In this document: piece by piece, positions 62,105 to 64,000 of the stretch | Layout: the number at the start of each line of letters is the position of its first letter | How positions within the stretch are numbered: the stretch's first letter is position 1 | NCBI GenBank assembly: GCA_022425445.1 | Contig: JAKMFM010000168.1 | Location: 4,930 to 68,929, forward strand | DNA: 64,000 nucleotides | Source: Planktomarina sp. | Lineage (GTDB): Bacteria > Pseudomonadota > Alphaproteobacteria > Rhodobacterales > Rhodobacteraceae | Direction: 5' to 3' | Notes under the pieces: generated by a model | Database searches by the model: none | Told to the model about the DNA's origin: nothing | What the model saw: only the letters and a program-made list of their open reading frames with translations | Made by a program: the position numbers and the translations under genes

Positions 62105-63280
62105 ATGGCGGATAATAACGGTGGACCTTGGGGCGGCGGCGGAAGCGGCGGTAACCGAGGCAATGGCGGCGGGAATGATCGGGGTCCAGACGGGCCGCAA
62201 ATCCCGGAAATTGATGAACTGATGCGCAAAGGTCAGGAGCAATTGCGCGTATTGATGGGCGGTAAAGGCAGCGGTGGCACGGGTGGCGGCAGCGGAACGG
62301 GCGGCGGCGGAGATGCGGGCATCCCGCGCAGCACCTTCGTCCTGGCTGGGCTTGCCGCTGTTGGTATGTGGCTCTTCGCATCCTTCTATACTGTCAAGCC
62401 AGAGGAGCAATCTGTTGAGCTCTTCCTCGGTGAATTCAATGAAATTGGCACCAATGGTCTGAATTTCGCGCCCTGGCCCTTTGTGACCTATGAGAAGTTC
62501 AACGTCACCACCAACCGCACCGAATCTCTTGGCATTAATGATAGCCGTGACAGCGGATTGGGCTTGATGCTGACCACCGATGAAAACATCGTGGATATCG
62601 ACTTCCAAGTGGTTTGGAACATCAAAAATTCGTCGGACTTTCTGTTTAGCCTAAAAGAACCGGAGCAATCTATACGGGCAATTTCGGAAGCGGCGATGCG
62701 TGAAGTGATTGCGCAATCGGAATTGGCACCTATTTTGAACCGAGACCGCGCTGCAATTGAAGCAAATGTGCGGCAATTGATTCAAAAAACACTGGATGAG
62801 CGCGAGACTGGGATTTCTGTCGTCCGGGTCAACTTTAACAAAGTGGATCCGCCGAGCCGTCAGGTGATCGTGACGGCCGCTGACGGGGCGCAAAAGCGCG
62901 TGTCGGTGATTGATGCCTTCCGCGATGTGCAAGCCGCAGAGCAAGAGCGCGATCAGCGCGAGCGTCAAGCGGATGCATATGCCAACCAACGTCTCGCTGA
63001 AGCGCGGGGTGCTGCGGCGCAGCTGCTAGAGGCTGCAGAAGGCTACCGCGCCTCTGTCGTCAACGCCGCTCTCGGGGAGGCCAGCCAATTCTCAGCAGTC
63101 TTGGCCGAATACAAAGAGGCTCCCGAGGTCACCCGCCGTCGCCTCTACATTGAGACTTTAGAAAAAGTCTTGGGCGATGTGGATAAGATCATCATGGATA
63201 ATGGTGAGGGCGGCCAGGGTGTTGTGCCCTATTTGCCGCTGAATGAATTGCGCAAATCAGCACGAGGAGGGTCAAACTAA
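62105..63280 (+). CDS. hflK: FtsH protease modulator HflK
   Basis: N-terminal GPWG Gly-rich region, SPFH domain MLTTDENIVD, DAFRDVQAA, RLYIETLE, YLPL. Confidence 0.93.
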   Translation: MADNNGGPWGGGGSGGNRGNGGGNDRGPDGPQIPEIDELMRKGQEQLRVLMGGKGSGGTGGGSGTGGGGDAGIPRSTFVLAGLAAVGMWLFASFYTVKPEEQSVELFLGEFNEIGTNGLNFAPWPFVTYEKFNVTTNRTESLGINDSRDSGLGLMLTTDENIVDIDFQVVWNIKNSSDFLFSLKEPEQSIRAISEAAMREVIAQSELAPILNRDRAAIEANVRQLIQKTLDERETGISVVRVNFNKVDPPSRQVIVTAADGAQKRVSVIDAFRDVQAAEQERDQRERQADAYANQRLAEARGAAAQLLEAAEGYRASVVNAALGEASQFSAVLAEYKEAPEVTRRRLYIETLEKVLGDVDKIIMDNGEGGQGVVPYLPLNELRKSARGGSN

Positions 63281-64000
63281 TGTCTATGAGATCTCGTATT
63301 GCAGTGATCATGGCCGCCGTGATCGCGGTTGCAGGGTTGATGTCCTTGTTCATCGTGGATGAGCGCGAAAAAGTGTTGGTGCTGCGGTTTGGCCAGATCA
63401 AACAGGTCAAAACAGATCCCGGCCTGGGCTTTAAGATCCCATGGCTGGATCAAGTTGTGCGCTTTGATGACCGGATTTTGTCTTTGGAAACCCCGGTGAT
63501 CGAGGTGACCCCGGCTGATGACCGTCGTCTCGAGGTGGATGCTTTTGTTATGTATCGTATCGCTGATATCGTGCAGTTCCGTCAGGCCTTGGGCGCGGGC
63601 GGTGAGCGCGAAGCCAGCATTCAGCTCAATGACATTCTCGACGGTCAGATCCGGGCGGTTCTCGGGGCCGATGGGGTGACGTCAAATGCCATTTTGTCGC
63701 CAGAACGGTCCCGCTTGATGGAGCTGATCCGTGCCGAGGCTCAAACGCGTGCAAAGGATCTGGGGCTGGATGTGGTAGATGTGCGCTTGCGTCAGACCAA
63801 CTTGCCAGAGCAAAACTTCGATGCAACTTTGCAGCGTATGATCGCCGAGCGGGAACGCGAAGCGACTGATGAACGCGCCCGAGGCCGCGAAGCGGCGCAG
63901 CGCGTCACAGCGGTTGCGGACCGGACCTATGAAGAAACGCTGTCTGCTGCCAAGCGGGATGCTTTGATCATTGAAGGGGAAGCCGATGCGGAACGTACCC
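63280..64000 (+). CDS. hflC: FtsH protease modulator HflC (runs off the window end)
   Basis: ATG overlaps the hflK stop; reads MSMRSR...FIVDERE...LRFG...PGLGFKIP...DRIL...RMIAERER. Confidence 0.92.
   Translation, partial: MSMRSRIAVIMAAVIAVAGLMSLFIVDEREKVLVLRFGQIKQVKTDPGLGFKIPWLDQVVRFDDRILSLETPVIEVTPADDRRLEVDAFVMYRIADIVQFRQALGAGGEREASIQLNDILDGQIRAVLGADGVTSNAILSPERSRLMELIRAEAQTRAKDLGLDVVDVRLRQTNLPEQNFDATLQRMIAEREREATDERARGREAAQRVTAVADRTYEETLSAAKRDALIIEGEADAERT

Noticed and set aside
62129-62320. GGC-rich repeats at the hflK 5' end (and in secG)
   Set aside because: They encode the normal Gly-rich linkers; not a DNA repeat element or CRISPR array

Overview
Core chromosomal segment (roughly mid-50s % GC by eye) of an alphaproteobacterium of the Rhodobacteraceae/Roseobacter group. 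The compact gene spacing suggests a streamlined pelagic roseobacter (inference). It carries betB, a propionyl-CoA assimilation cluster (pccR, MFS transporter, pccB, pccA, mcm), djlA, ppx-ppk1-hda-AI-2E, proS-lolE-lolD, parE, a MATE pump, aspartate aminotransferase, an XRE regulator-sdhE-MarR(LdtR-like) group, thyX, a cold-shock gene, thrS, rsgA and a PHA cluster (phaZ/phaC/phaP/phaR). After that come a gamma-glutamylation amine-catabolism cluster (polar-amino-acid-type ABC transporter, two GS-like ligases, GATase, FAD oxidoreductase, omega-transaminase), pyrG, secG, purA, thiN, sdaA, rpiA, gor and hflK-hflC (truncated). I saw no mobile elements, CRISPR arrays, rRNA or tRNA genes. The most interesting signals are cis-regulatory. 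They are a tRNA-Thr anticodon-mimic hairpin in the thrS leader, a possible CTP-sensing start-site-switch hairpin that hides the pyrG ribosome-binding site, tandem NrdR boxes before thyX, PccR- and PhaR-type operators, and a terminator inside the pccA upstream region. On the coding side there are an apparent ATA start codon in an ABC permease, an Ldh_2 enzyme with a His-to-Cys change in its catalytic motif, and a signal-peptide-less PhnD-like protein. Several start codons were moved downstream of the ORF-track starts to the more plausible codon. All family calls come from motif recognition, not database searches.
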